Positions 46,813 through 57,183 of a stretch of DNA of 64,000 bases are shown one piece after another. Location of the stretch: NCBI GenBank assembly GCA_040219255.1, contig JAVJSW010000012.1, positions 1 through 64,000 of the forward strand, read 5' to 3'. The position numbers were made by a program, and so were the translations under genes. The notes beneath the pieces are model-generated. The model was not told the origin of the DNA. It saw only the letters and a list, made by a program, of their open reading frames with translations, and searched no databases. Position 1 is the stretch's first letter. Each line of letters opens with the position of its first letter. The stretch comes from Sumerlaeia bacterium. GTDB taxonomy: Bacteria; Sumerlaeota; Sumerlaeia; SLMS01; JAHLLQ01.

Positions 46813-48741
46813 GTGAGCCCCCTCCCCCGCCCCATGCCCGCCAGCCTCCACCTCCTCGGCGAACCGAATCTGCCGGAATTTCGCATGGCGGAGCGTTTCG
46901 GCCATCGGCTTTGCGAAGCGCTGAACGCCCATCCGGGCTGCGCGGCGAGCGAGATCGAGGTGTATTCGGTGCCGAGCCTTCAATGCTTCGGCCAGCGGAT
47001 TCAGGACGTGGACCAATTGGTCTTGCTGAGGGCGCGGCCGGGGCTGGAGCTGACGTGGCGGGAAACGCGCCTGCGGATCGAGTCGCTGTGTTTCGCGATG
47101 GAGCACAAGGCCCATGGCGCGGGCGAGCTGGTGCTGCGCGATCAGCATCTGTTCGTGCGCTACGAGGGCCGCGAGGGCCTGCACAACGCCTCGCGCCAGG
47201 CCGAGGTGGAGGCGATGAGCGCGCGCGCGTACCTGAGGGATTTGGCGGGCGGGCGGCCTTTTGTCGGGCACGGGATTTTTCTCTCGGCGGTGGACCGCGA
47301 GGCCCTGCCCGACGGGGTTCCGCACCTGCTAGGGTCGAATTTCACGGCGGAGGATTTTCTGCGGTTCCTGACGCTGTCGCGGTGCGGACGGGATGTGATG
47401 GGGCGGCTGACCTTCCGCCAGGACTTCGATTTCGAAGAGGGCATCGCGGCCCTGGAACGCGCCCGCCGGCCAGTGGAAATCAGCGCCTTGAACAAGGTCC
47501 GCCTCGACCGCATCACTCGCCGATACCTGACATCGCAGAACTTCCAGGATCACATCGGCAACCGGCTGTTCATTTATCACGGCCGGGCGGGAACGGGGAA
47601 AACGACCTTTCTCCTGCGGATGGCGAACGATCTGGCTCTGGACGGGCACCGGCCGCTGTTCCTGACGTATAACCACGCGCTGCGGCTGGACCTGGCGACG
47701 ATGCTCCAGAGCAGCGCGGCGGCGGCGAAACGGCGCTCGGTTCAAATCCCGACCGACGGCCTGAACAGCTTCATGCACGATGTGTTCGTGGCGCTGGGCC
47801 TGCAACCGACGCGCCACATCCCGAACCCTTACGAAGCGAATTACGCGGGGCGGCTGGCCGAGTCGCTCGACACTCTGACGCCCGAGCGCGTGGCTGCCCT
47901 GCGCGCGGACCCGCAGTTCGATTTCGACTTCGTCTTCATCGATGAAGCACAGGACATCCTGGAGGTGGAGCGCCAGGTTCTGGGCCGCATTTACGGCGAG
48001 CGTAATCTGATTATCAGCAACGGCTTCGATCAGGTGATGCGCGATCAGAAGTGCGATTGGACGCGGGGGCTGGTCAAGGACCAGGACTACTACCTGCACC
48101 GCTACGGACGGTCGTTGCGGATGCGCGAACGCATTGTGACCTTTGCCAACGCGCTGGCGCAGGAACTGGGCACCGAGGAGTGGTCGGTGCAATCGAACCC
48201 GGACCTGCCCGGCGGGCGCGTGGTGGTGCGCGTCGGGCCTTACAACCCGCAGCTTCACGATGTGATTTTGGAGGACCTGAAGGCCGCCGAATGCGAGTGG
48301 GGGGATTTGCTGTTCGGATGGAATCAACCGAGGCGAACGGTGGCGGCGCTGAAGGATCAACTCGAACGCGCCGGCTACCACATCTGGGACGGCACGGATC
48401 ATCAGGCCCGCCGGAATCGGCGGACGATGCTCGAACCCGATGAAATCCGGTTCTACGACTACCAGAGCGTCCGCGGGCTGGAGTGCTGGACCTTTGTGGC
48501 GATGCTGCTGGACGAGTATTTCGACCGGGAATACAAGCGCGAGTTGGCGCACCTGAGCGGCGAGGATCTGGCGGCGTCCGTCTCCGCCTCGCAGGCGGCC
48601 GCCTACCGGATTCTGATGGCCTGCACGCGGCCGATCAATACGCTGGCGATTACGCTGAAAAACCCGGACAGCCCGCTCGGCCGCGCGATCGCGGCGGTGG
48701 CGCGGGCCAACCCGGGACTGATCGAGGGGGATGTGCCATGA
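46813..48741 (+). CDS. NERD/PD-(D/E)xK-like nuclease fused to an SF1 (UvrD-like) helicase
   Basis: DVDQLVLL...MEHK; GRAGTGKT, FLTYN..L, FIDEAQD, SVRGLE, MACTRP. Confidence 0.82.
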   Translation: MSPLPRPMPASLHLLGEPNLPEFRMAERFGHRLCEALNAHPGCAASEIEVYSVPSLQCFGQRIQDVDQLVLLRARPGLELTWRETRLRIESLCFAMEHKAHGAGELVLRDQHLFVRYEGREGLHNASRQAEVEAMSARAYLRDLAGGRPFVGHGIFLSAVDREALPDGVPHLLGSNFTAEDFLRFLTLSRCGRDVMGRLTFRQDFDFEEGIAALERARRPVEISALNKVRLDRITRRYLTSQNFQDHIGNRLFIYHGRAGTGKTTFLLRMANDLALDGHRPLFLTYNHALRLDLATMLQSSAAAAKRRSVQIPTDGLNSFMHDVFVALGLQPTRHIPNPYEANYAGRLAESLDTLTPERVAALRADPQFDFDFVFIDEAQDILEVERQVLGRIYGERNLIISNGFDQVMRDQKCDWTRGLVKDQDYYLHRYGRSLRMRERIVTFANALAQELGTEEWSVQSNPDLPGGRVVVRVGPYNPQLHDVILEDLKAAECEWGDLLFGWNQPRRTVAALKDQLERAGYHIWDGTDHQARRNRRTMLEPDEIRFYDYQSVRGLECWTFVAMLLDEYFDREYKRELAHLSGEDLAASVSASQAAAYRILMACTRPINTLAITLKNPDSPLGRAIAAVARANPGLIEGDVP

Positions 48742-48756
48742 GCCCGAACGGGTCCC

Positions 48757-50316
48757 TCATCCGGCGTCCAGGCTCCGGCGCACTTCGCGGACAAGGCGGC
48801 GGGGGCTGAAGGGTTTGTTGATGAGCCGCATGTTGCCCACGATCAAGCCCTGGCGCAGGAGGACGTCGTCGGTATAACCGCAGATGTAGAGGACTTTGAG
48901 ATCGGGGCGTTTTTCGCGAAGACGCTCGCCGAGAACGCGCCCGTTCATCTTGGGCAGGTTGACGTCTGAGACGAGCAGATCGAACGTCATGCTGTGAAGC
49001 TCGGCGAGTTCAAGGGCTTCCATACCGTTTCGCGCGGCGAGGACCCGATAGCCGAAGTTGTCCAGGGTGCGTTCGAGGAGGGACAGGACCGAGGGGTCGT
49101 CCTCTACGAGAAGGATGGTTTCCGAGCCATCGCCGATGGGCTCTTCGTCGGTTTCGTTGGGGGCGGGGGTGGTGCGCTCGGTGCTGGGCAGATAGACGCG
49201 GAAGAGGGCGCCATGGCCGGGCCGGCTCTCGACCTCGATCATGCCGCTCCATTGGTGGACGATGCCTTTGACGGTGGAAAGTCCGAGACCGGTGCCGGAG
49301 CCATTTTCTTTGGTGGTGAAGAAGGGGTCGAAGATTTTCTCGCGCAGTTCCTCCGCGATGCCGCAGCCGGTGTCGCGGACTTCGATGACGCCGTAGGGTC
49401 CGGGAGTGGTGGAGCGCGCGTCCGAGCGCACCGTCTCGACGGTGGTGGTGCCGATGGTCAGCGTGCCCCCCTGGGGCATGGCGTCGCGGGCGTTGACCGC
49501 CAGGTTGATGATGATCTGTTCGACGTGGTTGGGGTCGGCGAGAACGAGGGGCGTGTCTTGCAGATCGACACACAGGTCGATGTCTTCGCCGATGAGCCGG
49601 CGCAGCAGGGGCAGGAGGTTGTCGACCAGTTCTTCGAGGCGGATGGCGGAGGGCTGGAGGATTTGCTTGCGGGAGAAGGCGAGCAATTGGCCCGTGAGGG
49701 CGGTGGCGCGGTCGCTGGCGCCGATGATCTCGTCGAGGTCGGAGCAGAGGGCGGCGTTCTCCTCGTGGTCGTCGCGGACCAGGCGGGCCATACCCCCGAT
49801 GGTGGTCAGGATGTTGTTGAAGTCGTGGGCCACGCTGCCAGCGAGGGTTCCGAGGACTTCGAGGCGCTGGGCGTGGTGGAAACGCTGGTTGATTTCCTGG
49901 CGCTTGATGCGCTCCTGGACTCGTTTGTGAAGAAGCCCCAGGTGACGTTCCAATCGATCGGTTTCGTGCGGAAAGAGAAAATCGTCGGCCCCGGCGTCGA
50001 GGAACCGGTCGAGGTCTTCGGCCGCCACGCCCGCATCGGCGAAAAGCAGCACCCCGAGGCAGAGCCCCTGGCGGGGAATGGCTTCGAGGAGTTCGACCAC
50101 CGCGCCGGCGGGCCGGCCGACACCGTCGACAACGACGAGGCAGCCTTTGGTCAAGTGCTCCAGGACGACGGGAAAGTCGGAGTGGATCATGACGCCGCCG
50201 GCGCCTCCGCCCAGGGGTCGGAGCAGGCGCATGCGGTCCGGCGCGGAGAAGTGCTCGCCCAGGAGGAACAGGAGGGGAATTTGGGCGAAGATCGTCTTGG
50301 CGAGATTGATCGTCAT
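48757..50316 (-). CDS. Hybrid sensor kinase/response regulator (CckA-like)
   Basis: AHDFNNIL, NLAVNARDAM, DTGCGI, FDPFFTTK, GTGLGL; C-terminal REC domain (LVEDD, LVSDV, KPF). Confidence 0.93.
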   Translation of the reverse strand: MTINLAKTIFAQIPLLFLLGEHFSAPDRMRLLRPLGGGAGGVMIHSDFPVVLEHLTKGCLVVVDGVGRPAGAVVELLEAIPRQGLCLGVLLFADAGVAAEDLDRFLDAGADDFLFPHETDRLERHLGLLHKRVQERIKRQEINQRFHHAQRLEVLGTLAGSVAHDFNNILTTIGGMARLVRDDHEENAALCSDLDEIIGASDRATALTGQLLAFSRKQILQPSAIRLEELVDNLLPLLRRLIGEDIDLCVDLQDTPLVLADPNHVEQIIINLAVNARDAMPQGGTLTIGTTTVETVRSDARSTTPGPYGVIEVRDTGCGIAEELREKIFDPFFTTKENGSGTGLGLSTVKGIVHQWSGMIEVESRPGHGALFRVYLPSTERTTPAPNETDEEPIGDGSETILLVEDDPSVLSLLERTLDNFGYRVLAARNGMEALELAELHSMTFDLLVSDVNLPKMNGRVLGERLREKRPDLKVLYICGYTDDVLLRQGLIVGNMRLINKPFSPRRLVREVRRSLDAG

Positions 50317-50404
50317 GGAAAACCGCGCATGGCCGAGGGTTCGACGCCATCTGAGGGCTTGAGCCGATTCTCGAGGGGTTGACTCGGATGGAGCAAAAAC
50401 GGGG

Positions 50405-52339
50405 CTAGTGAGTCCTCTTGAAGGATCGATCCAGTTCGTGCCGGCTGAGACAAATAATTGTCGGTCTTCCATGGGGACAAGTGAAGGATAGCCGCTCCGA
50501 CCTCATTTGGAGCAGTAATTCGTCCATTTCCTCGCGTGTCAGGCGCTGTCCGGCGCGGATCGAGCTATGACACGCGGCGCGAATCATCCATTTCTCCCGC
50601 AGGGCCTCCAGGTGGTCCGGCCCCAGCCGCGACGGATCCCCCGGCAGGTCGTCGTCCTCGAGCAAGTCCTGGATGACCTCGACCGCCTGGGAGGCGCTCA
50701 GGTCCCCCGGTACGGCATTGATGGCCCAGGTGGCGCCGCCGAAGGGTTCGAGTGCGAAGCCTGCGGGGGCGAGGGCTTGCGCCAGGGCCTCCATCGCCGC
50801 CGCCCGGTCCGGCGGCACGTCCAGCGTGGCGGGCACCAGGAGCGCCTGGGCGTGGCTGTCGTGCTCGACGCGCTGGAGTTGCAGATAGCGCAGGCGCTCG
50901 TGGGCGGCGTGCTGATCGACCAGGACGAGATCGGGCCCGTAGCGGACGACGAGAAAGGTTTCGTCGATCTGGCCGAGCGGTTCGGGGGCGTAGGGCCGGT
51001 CCCAGAAGCCGGTGGCTTCGGGTTGTTCGCCGGGGGCGGCGGCGGTGGGGGCGATGCGTTCGCGGCGCTGGCGGTCCTGCTCCGCCATTTTCCATTCCGA
51101 CTTGGCCAACTCAACGGTCAGGTCCGTTTGCACATCGCGGGCGCGCTTGCGGTCGAAGGCTTTGGCCACGAGCGCTTCCGGGGACTGGAAGAAGGCGGGC
51201 TGGTAAGAAGGGCCCGGCGGCGCCGGGCGGGGCGCGGTAGAGTTCGGCGGCGGGGATTCGGGCGACTGGCCTTCGGGTTGGGGGGCGGCCGGAGCGGGGG
51301 CGGAGGCGCCGCTCCGGCCGGCCAGGTGCATTTCCGGCACGAAGCCCGCGCCCTCCAGCGCGATGCGGGCGGCGTGATAGGCGGCGCTGGCCACCGCGCG
51401 CTCGTTTCGGAAACGCACTTCTTCCTTGGTCGGATGGACGTTGATGTCCACTTCGGCAGGGTCGAGTTCGATGAAGAGGCAGAAGATCGGAAAGCGGCCG
51501 ATCATAATGAAGCCCCGGCATGCCTGCTCGATGGCGGCCGTGATGGGGCGGGACGAAAAGGGACGGCCGTTGACGAAAAGGTACTCGCAGCGGCGGTCGT
51601 GACGGCTGCTGAGGGGTTGGGCGAGATAGCCGAAGACGTGCTGACCGCCGCGGTCCCGGTCCTGAAGGTAGTCGAGTTCCAGAAGTCCGTGCTCGATGCG
51701 CGATCCCATCAGGGCGAGGAATCGATCGGCCAGCGACTGGCCGCTCGGGAAGTCCATGTCCACCCGGTCGTTGCGGAGGAATTTGATCCCCACCGGCCAG
51801 GCGGCGAGAGCCTGGCGGGTCAGCATGGTGGCGACGGCGTTGGCTTCGCCGGTGGAGGATTTGAGGAACTTCTTGCGCGCCGGGGTGTTGAAGAACAGAT
51901 CGCGGATGGCGATGCGGGTTCCGGCGGGACAGCCCACGCTCTCCATGCGGTCGATGAGGCCGCCCTCGACGGCGACAAGGCTGCCGGAGAGGTCCTCGCG
52001 GCGACGGGTGCGGATTTCCATGCGGCTGACGGCGGCGATGGAGGCCAGCGCCTCTCCGCGAAAGCCCCGCGTCATCAGGTGGAAGAGGTCGTCGGTGGTG
52101 CGGATTTTCGAGGTCGCGTGGCGCTGGAGACAGAGTTCCGCGTCCTCGCGATCCATACCGCAGCCGTCGTCGCTGACGACCAGGTCCAGGGCGTCGCCGC
52201 TCAACTCGACGGTGATGTTGCGGGCACCGGCGTCGATGGCGTTCTCGACCAATTCCTTGACGACGCTGGCCATGTTGACCACGACTTCGCCAGCGGCAAT
52301 CTGATTGATCAGCGTTTGCGGCAGGACTTGAATAGGCAT
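50405..52339 (-). CDS. mutL: DNA mismatch repair protein MutL (endonuclease type)
   Basis: IAAGEVV, KELVENAIDA, GFRGEAL, DINVHPTK.EVRF, DQHAAHER, CPHGRP. Confidence 0.97.
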   Translation of the reverse strand: MPIQVLPQTLINQIAAGEVVVNMASVVKELVENAIDAGARNITVELSGDALDLVVSDDGCGMDREDAELCLQRHATSKIRTTDDLFHLMTRGFRGEALASIAAVSRMEIRTRRREDLSGSLVAVEGGLIDRMESVGCPAGTRIAIRDLFFNTPARKKFLKSSTGEANAVATMLTRQALAAWPVGIKFLRNDRVDMDFPSGQSLADRFLALMGSRIEHGLLELDYLQDRDRGGQHVFGYLAQPLSSRHDRRCEYLFVNGRPFSSRPITAAIEQACRGFIMIGRFPIFCLFIELDPAEVDINVHPTKEEVRFRNERAVASAAYHAARIALEGAGFVPEMHLAGRSGASAPAPAAPQPEGQSPESPPPNSTAPRPAPPGPSYQPAFFQSPEALVAKAFDRKRARDVQTDLTVELAKSEWKMAEQDRQRRERIAPTAAAPGEQPEATGFWDRPYAPEPLGQIDETFLVVRYGPDLVLVDQHAAHERLRYLQLQRVEHDSHAQALLVPATLDVPPDRAAAMEALAQALAPAGFALEPFGGATWAINAVPGDLSASQAVEVIQDLLEDDDLPGDPSRLGPDHLEALREKWMIRAACHSSIRAGQRLTREEMDELLLQMRSERLSFTCPHGRPTIICLSRHELDRSFKRTH

Positions 52340-52419
52340 GGTTCTGGCGCTTTCCGCTCCGTATAGATTCCGTTCCCCGGGCGGCTGAACGTCCGACCGA
52401 TTCCCTTCGGCAGGCAAGC

Positions 52420-52953
52420 ATGAAACGCGCTCTTATCCTGTTTCTCTTCGTTCCCTTCATCCTCCTCGGTTCGTTGCCCATGGGCGGCTGCGCCGAAGGC
52501 CAGGTCATCCTTCCCGACCCGGCGGGCAGTCCCTTCGCCCCCGGCGTGGCGGCGGAGGACGCCCCCACCACGGTGGTGCTGGCAAGGAAAGCTCTGATCA
52601 CCGCCCCCGACCTTCATGAACTGATGGAGGAGGTCAACAAGGCTCACAAAGCGGCCAGCGGCAAAGACCGCTTCCGGGCGCGAGAAGCCATCGATAAACT
52701 GGAAGCCTACGCCCACGTGGCCAGCCTCGACGCCTACGTGGCCAACGCCCGGGAGTACGCCCCGGAAGGCATGAGCGAGGCCGACTTCGCCGAGCGCTAT
52801 GCCGAGCTGAACCACGCCATGCTGCGGGCAGTGGTGCGCACGCGGCAGGCCTTCGACAGCGATGCCAGCCGGCGCGACATCATGCTCGCTCTTCGCGAGC
52901 AGAACAAGACCTGCATCACGTGCCACAAGGAACTGAGGGTCGAGGAGCACTGA
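52420..52953 (+). CDS. Exported cytochrome c'-like four-helix protein
   Basis: Signal peptide; single C-terminal CITCH heme motif. Confidence 0.72.
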   Translation: MKRALILFLFVPFILLGSLPMGGCAEGQVILPDPAGSPFAPGVAAEDAPTTVVLARKALITAPDLHELMEEVNKAHKAASGKDRFRAREAIDKLEAYAHVASLDAYVANAREYAPEGMSEADFAERYAELNHAMLRAVVRTRQAFDSDASRRDIMLALREQNKTCITCHKELRVEEH

Positions 52954-53016
52954 AGCCCGGGTATGGCACTGAAGCCCAGCTTGACCGATTTCCCGTCCTT
53001 CACCTAAGGTTTTTCG

Positions 53017-53292
53017 ATGAAACGCATGGCCCGCGATCCCCTCATGTCCTGGAAAGGCTACCTGCTGGCCAACGCCGCCGTGTGGGTGCTGACGATCGCG
53101 GTGTATGCGATGGTCAGCCGGGGAATGCTGAGCAGCGTGGGGCCGCACATCGACCGGCTCGGTTCCCGGGGGATGCTGCTGTTCATTCCGGCGGCGTTCC
53201 TGTTCGCCTCGGTCTTCGATTACCTGTTCGACCGCCTGGCGGTGCGAAAGAAGAGCGATCCGGACAAGCCCTCCGCCGCCCATGATGGATGA
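53017..53292 (+). CDS. Small two-TM membrane protein
   Basis: Two hydrophobic segments; overlaps the following kinase. Confidence 0.6.
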   Translation: MKRMARDPLMSWKGYLLANAAVWVLTIAVYAMVSRGMLSSVGPHIDRLGSRGMLLFIPAAFLFASVFDYLFDRLAVRKKSDPDKPSAAHDG

Positions 53293-54973
53293 TATTCCCC
53301 GTTTTCCCCAGGCCCCGCCCGAAGACCAGGACCGGACCACCCGGGAAGAATTGCGGCGCATCAAGCGCGTCGAGAGCCGGGAAGTCCGGCTGATCGTTTC
53401 CATCCCGGCGCTGCTGTTCTTGATGACTTTGACCGGGTCGATCGTCAGCCACATTTATTTTCTGCGCATCTCGGAGCATTTCCCTTCCGCCGAAGCGCGC
53501 GAGTTCTTCGAGCAACAGGCCACCGTGGTGCTGTTGATCGGCGGCACCTTTTCCATCATCTCGGGGATCGTGGGGGTGGCGCTGGCCTGGACGATCGTGC
53601 ATCCGCTGCGCGACATGATCCGCACCATGACGCGGGCGGCGCAGGGCGAACTGGCCCCGATCCGCAACGTTCCGCGCACGGGCGAACTGTTCGCCCTCGG
53701 CTCGACTTTCAACCGAATGATCCACCAGTTGCAGGACCTTTTCGAAGAGCGCGACCGCCAGATGCGCGAATCGGCCAAAGGCACCATCCTGTCGCTCAAC
53801 AGCACCGGTGCGGTCATGGCCGCCGATTCTTCCCTGCGGCGGGTCCTCGGCCTCGCGAGCGCCGATCTGCTGGGCAAACCGCTTGTGGAGATGCTGGAGA
53901 AGCAGTCCTCCTCGCGTCTGAACAACGTCTTTCTGCGGGAGCTTGCGAAGTGCATCACCGCCGCCCTGGACGGCCGCACCGCCACCTGTTCGTCGGAATT
54001 CTGGCGCGGCAAGGAAGACGAACCGGTGCTCCTCTCGATCAGCGCCATGCCGCTGGAGTGCAGTTCGCCGTCGGACCCGGTGTGCCTGCTGGACGTGCGG
54101 GACCTGTCGGGCATGCGCAGCTTTCATGAGCAAATGCAGCGGGCCGACCGGCTGGCGGCGGTCGGTACGCTGGCCACGGGAATCGCGCACGAAATCCGCA
54201 ATCCGCTGGCGTCCATCCGCGGCATGGCACAACTGATGGCGCTCGACATTCCGAAAGCGGAACCGGGCGAGGAAGACAAGACCCCCCCGCCCGGCAGCCC
54301 CAGCGCCGATTACCTGGATCGCATCCAGAAGGAGGTGGACCGGTTGGAGAAGCTCGTCGCGAGCATTATGGATTTCGCCCATCCAGAGGGTGTGGACCTC
54401 CATCCGGTGGACCTGAACCGCCTCCTGCGAGAGGCTTTCGAAGCAGCCTTTCATCGCGTGGCGATCCCGCACCATATCGAACTCGACATCGACTGGGACC
54501 TGGACGAGGACCTGCCCGAGTGCGTGGTGGAGGAATCGCGTCTCCATCAGGCCTTGCTGAATCTGGCGGTCAACGCGCTGGAAGCGATCCGCGACCACGG
54601 GGGCGTGATCCGGCTGTGCAGCCGGGTGGCGAAGTCGGGTACGCGGCCCGTTTGCCTGAGCATCAGCAATACCGGCTGGCCCATCCCGCGGGAAACGCGC
54701 GAGCGCCTCTTCGAACCTTTCTTCACGACCAAGCCGGAGGGCACGGGCCTCGGCCTGCCCATCGCCTATCAGATCGTCGTGGCGAACAATGGGCTTCTGG
54801 AACTGTCTTGCGAAGAGGGCATGGTGACCTTTCAAATCCGGTTTCCCATTCAAGGCCGGTTGGCCACCGGCCTCGTCGGCAGGCCTTCCTTCGACCCGCC
54901 GCCGTCCGGCCTCGCGAGGGCCTCGACGGGAGGGATCGCCCGCCCCGCACCGGGGGACCCCCCGGCCAATTAG
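53282..54973 (+). CDS. HAMP-PAS sensor histidine kinase (NtrB/PilS-like)
   Basis: 2 TM helices, HAMP (PLRDM...ELFALG.TFNRM), AHEIRNPL, NLAVNA, FEPFFTTK, GTGLGL. Confidence 0.93.
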   Translation: MMDDIPRFPQAPPEDQDRTTREELRRIKRVESREVRLIVSIPALLFLMTLTGSIVSHIYFLRISEHFPSAEAREFFEQQATVVLLIGGTFSIISGIVGVALAWTIVHPLRDMIRTMTRAAQGELAPIRNVPRTGELFALGSTFNRMIHQLQDLFEERDRQMRESAKGTILSLNSTGAVMAADSSLRRVLGLASADLLGKPLVEMLEKQSSSRLNNVFLRELAKCITAALDGRTATCSSEFWRGKEDEPVLLSISAMPLECSSPSDPVCLLDVRDLSGMRSFHEQMQRADRLAAVGTLATGIAHEIRNPLASIRGMAQLMALDIPKAEPGEEDKTPPPGSPSADYLDRIQKEVDRLEKLVASIMDFAHPEGVDLHPVDLNRLLREAFEAAFHRVAIPHHIELDIDWDLDEDLPECVVEESRLHQALLNLAVNALEAIRDHGGVIRLCSRVAKSGTRPVCLSISNTGWPIPRETRERLFEPFFTTKPEGTGLGLPIAYQIVVANNGLLELSCEEGMVTFQIRFPIQGRLATGLVGRPSFDPPPSGLARASTGGIARPAPGDPPAN

Positions 54974-55065
54974 GATTGGACCCCACCGTTTTTCCCCCTC
55001 TTCGACGCATCATTGGTCCTTGACCTACTTCCTGGGATCTCGGCCCATGCTATTTCGATTTCTGA

Positions 55066-55857
55066 ATGGACGAGCCGGAATCCGTGTCGCCACCCGCCGA
55101 GAGCCCATCGCTGCCGCTATCGACTCGCCCGCGCCCCTGCGGCGCTGGGCGGGCTCGCGTGGCGGTGCTGGGCCGGGACGCGGGCATCGAGAAAGGCCGG
55201 CCTTTGGCTCCCCAGTTGGCCGCCGCCCTGGCCCCCGCCTGTCCAAAACACATCGCACTTCTGAAACAGGTTCACGGCACAGCGCTTCATGACGCGGCCA
55301 ACGCCCTCGCCGCGGGCGAGAAGCTCCTGGAGGGCGATGGCCTCGTGACGCGCGAAGCCGGCGCGGCGGTCTGTGTGCGCACGGCCGATTGCGTGCCGTT
55401 GATCCTGACTTCGACAAAAGCGCCCTTTCTGGCGGCGATCCATTCCGGCTGGCGCGGAACGCTGGCGGCAATTCTGCCGCGCGCCATCGCGCTGGCGGGC
55501 GCCGCCGGCCACAGCCCGTCGGACCTCCACCTCTGGATCGGGCCCTGCATCCGGGGCGATGTGTACGAAGTCTCCGAGGACCTGGCGGCCGAGTTTACGG
55601 CGCGTTTTGGCGCGGACTCGGGCGTCGTGCGCGGGCGGTTGCTCAACCTGGCGCGGGCGAATCGCCTCTGGGCCGAGCGCGGCGGCCTCCCGGCGAACCA
55701 GGTCGAGGACTGTGGGCTCTGTACCTACAAGGATCATCGGAGCTGGCCGTCGTTCCGCCGGGACGGAGCGACGGGCGAATCGATTTACACCGTGGCCTGG
55801 ATCGAGCGGCAAGCCTTCGCTTCTGGTCTTGACCGCACCCGGCGGATCGGCGGCTGA
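55066..55857 (+). CDS. pgeF: PgeF/YfiH purine nucleoside phosphorylase (laccase-domain protein)
   Basis: QVHG, DGLVT, TADCVP, HSGWRG, IGPCI, YEV, CT, SFRR. Confidence 0.9.
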   Translation: MDEPESVSPPAESPSLPLSTRPRPCGAGRARVAVLGRDAGIEKGRPLAPQLAAALAPACPKHIALLKQVHGTALHDAANALAAGEKLLEGDGLVTREAGAAVCVRTADCVPLILTSTKAPFLAAIHSGWRGTLAAILPRAIALAGAAGHSPSDLHLWIGPCIRGDVYEVSEDLAAEFTARFGADSGVVRGRLLNLARANRLWAERGGLPANQVEDCGLCTYKDHRSWPSFRRDGATGESIYTVAWIERQAFASGLDRTRRIGG

Positions 55858-55863
55858 TAGCTT

Positions 55864-57183
55864 ATGAATCCGGTCAGTTCCACAACGCCCGTCCAGGCCA
55901 TTGGCCGCTACGACACCAGCCAGCCGATCACGGCGGTGTCGATGGATGGCAACACGGTGGCGGCCGCGGTGGTTTCCCTGGATCAGGATGGAACGCCCCG
56001 GATCCACGCGGTGAAAATCTATGAGCACCGGCGTCTCCTCCAGAAAATCCAGCGCGTCGTCCATCCCATCTTCATGGACATTTCGGCGCTGGAATACGGG
56101 TCGGAGGAGGAAGTCGCCGACGCGCTGGGCCATGTGCTCGGCGAACCCGCCTTTCATCATCCCCTGGTGGGGGTCTTCCCGCACGAGATGGTGATGCACG
56201 TGCACTCCCGCGGCGGGGATTTCAGTAGCGGCGAAGTCAAACTCTTCGAGTCCACCGCCAAGTTTCTGGAGGGCGTCCTGCCGGGCGCCCCGCCCAATTA
56301 TCCGCGGCTCCTGTCCTACGGCAACGACCACGGGAGGCGGGGATATCCGGGGTGGCTGTGGAGCGCCAACCTGGACGATCTGCTGGATACGATGGACTGC
56401 TTCGTGCGCAATCCGATCCAGGAACCGCTCTTTGGCGTGATCACCAGCGACCGCGCCATGGCCGAGGTTTACCCCTGGATCGTCCCCGAGACTACGGATC
56501 GGATCGTGACCCTGGCGGATGTGGGCAAGTTGCGCACGATCTACTGCAGCAGCCTGACCCCAAGCCCCATGCACGCCTGGCAAAACCTGTACTGCCACAC
56601 CATCCCGGTCGGTCTGGCCCGCGATGGGGCCTACTATTACGGCACCTTCCTGCCCATCATGGAAGACCTGGAGGACCTCTCGCACCAGAGCGGGACCCTG
56701 CTTTTCCCGCCGGACGTGACGCCCTCGCCCATTTTCAACCCGACGATTTCCACACCCCAGACCGACTGCACCCGCTTCGCCATGCAGGTCTCCCGCTATG
56801 CCTGGCGCCTGATTGAGTCATCGGGCTTCGGCGAATCGGCCCCCGATTCGATCTGGATTTACCTGACCGGTCTGGCGCGCCATCTGCCGGGCCTGGCCCG
56901 CTATGTGGAGGGCAAGACAGGGGTGACGGTGCGAACGCTGGAGGAAGCCTCGGAGACAAGTCGCTTGCGGCTCGACGAGGGCGTCACCTGGCGCTCCGTC
57001 GCGGACGCCCTTCCCGCCGTGGGGGCGGGCATCGCTTTCCATCGCCGGGGAACTTCGCGCTATGGGGCTTTCCTGCGCGACATGCCGCTAAGGCGGCTGG
57101 GCTCGGTACCGATCGGAACGGCCTTCGAAACGCCGGCGGCCTACATCGTGGATCAACCGCTGGAAAGTTTGGAAGAAGCCTGA
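55864..57183 (+). CDS. PilM/FtsA-like actin-fold protein, divergent
   Basis: AVSMDG (phosphate 1), LADVG..RT (phosphate 2), IYLTGLARHLPGL..YVE..TGV, A.A.GA. Confidence 0.6.
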   Translation: MNPVSSTTPVQAIGRYDTSQPITAVSMDGNTVAAAVVSLDQDGTPRIHAVKIYEHRRLLQKIQRVVHPIFMDISALEYGSEEEVADALGHVLGEPAFHHPLVGVFPHEMVMHVHSRGGDFSSGEVKLFESTAKFLEGVLPGAPPNYPRLLSYGNDHGRRGYPGWLWSANLDDLLDTMDCFVRNPIQEPLFGVITSDRAMAEVYPWIVPETTDRIVTLADVGKLRTIYCSSLTPSPMHAWQNLYCHTIPVGLARDGAYYYGTFLPIMEDLEDLSHQSGTLLFPPDVTPSPIFNPTISTPQTDCTRFAMQVSRYAWRLIESSGFGESAPDSIWIYLTGLARHLPGLARYVEGKTGVTVRTLEEASETSRLRLDEGVTWRSVADALPAVGAGIAFHRRGTSRYGAFLRDMPLRRLGSVPIGTAFETPAAYIVDQPLESLEEA

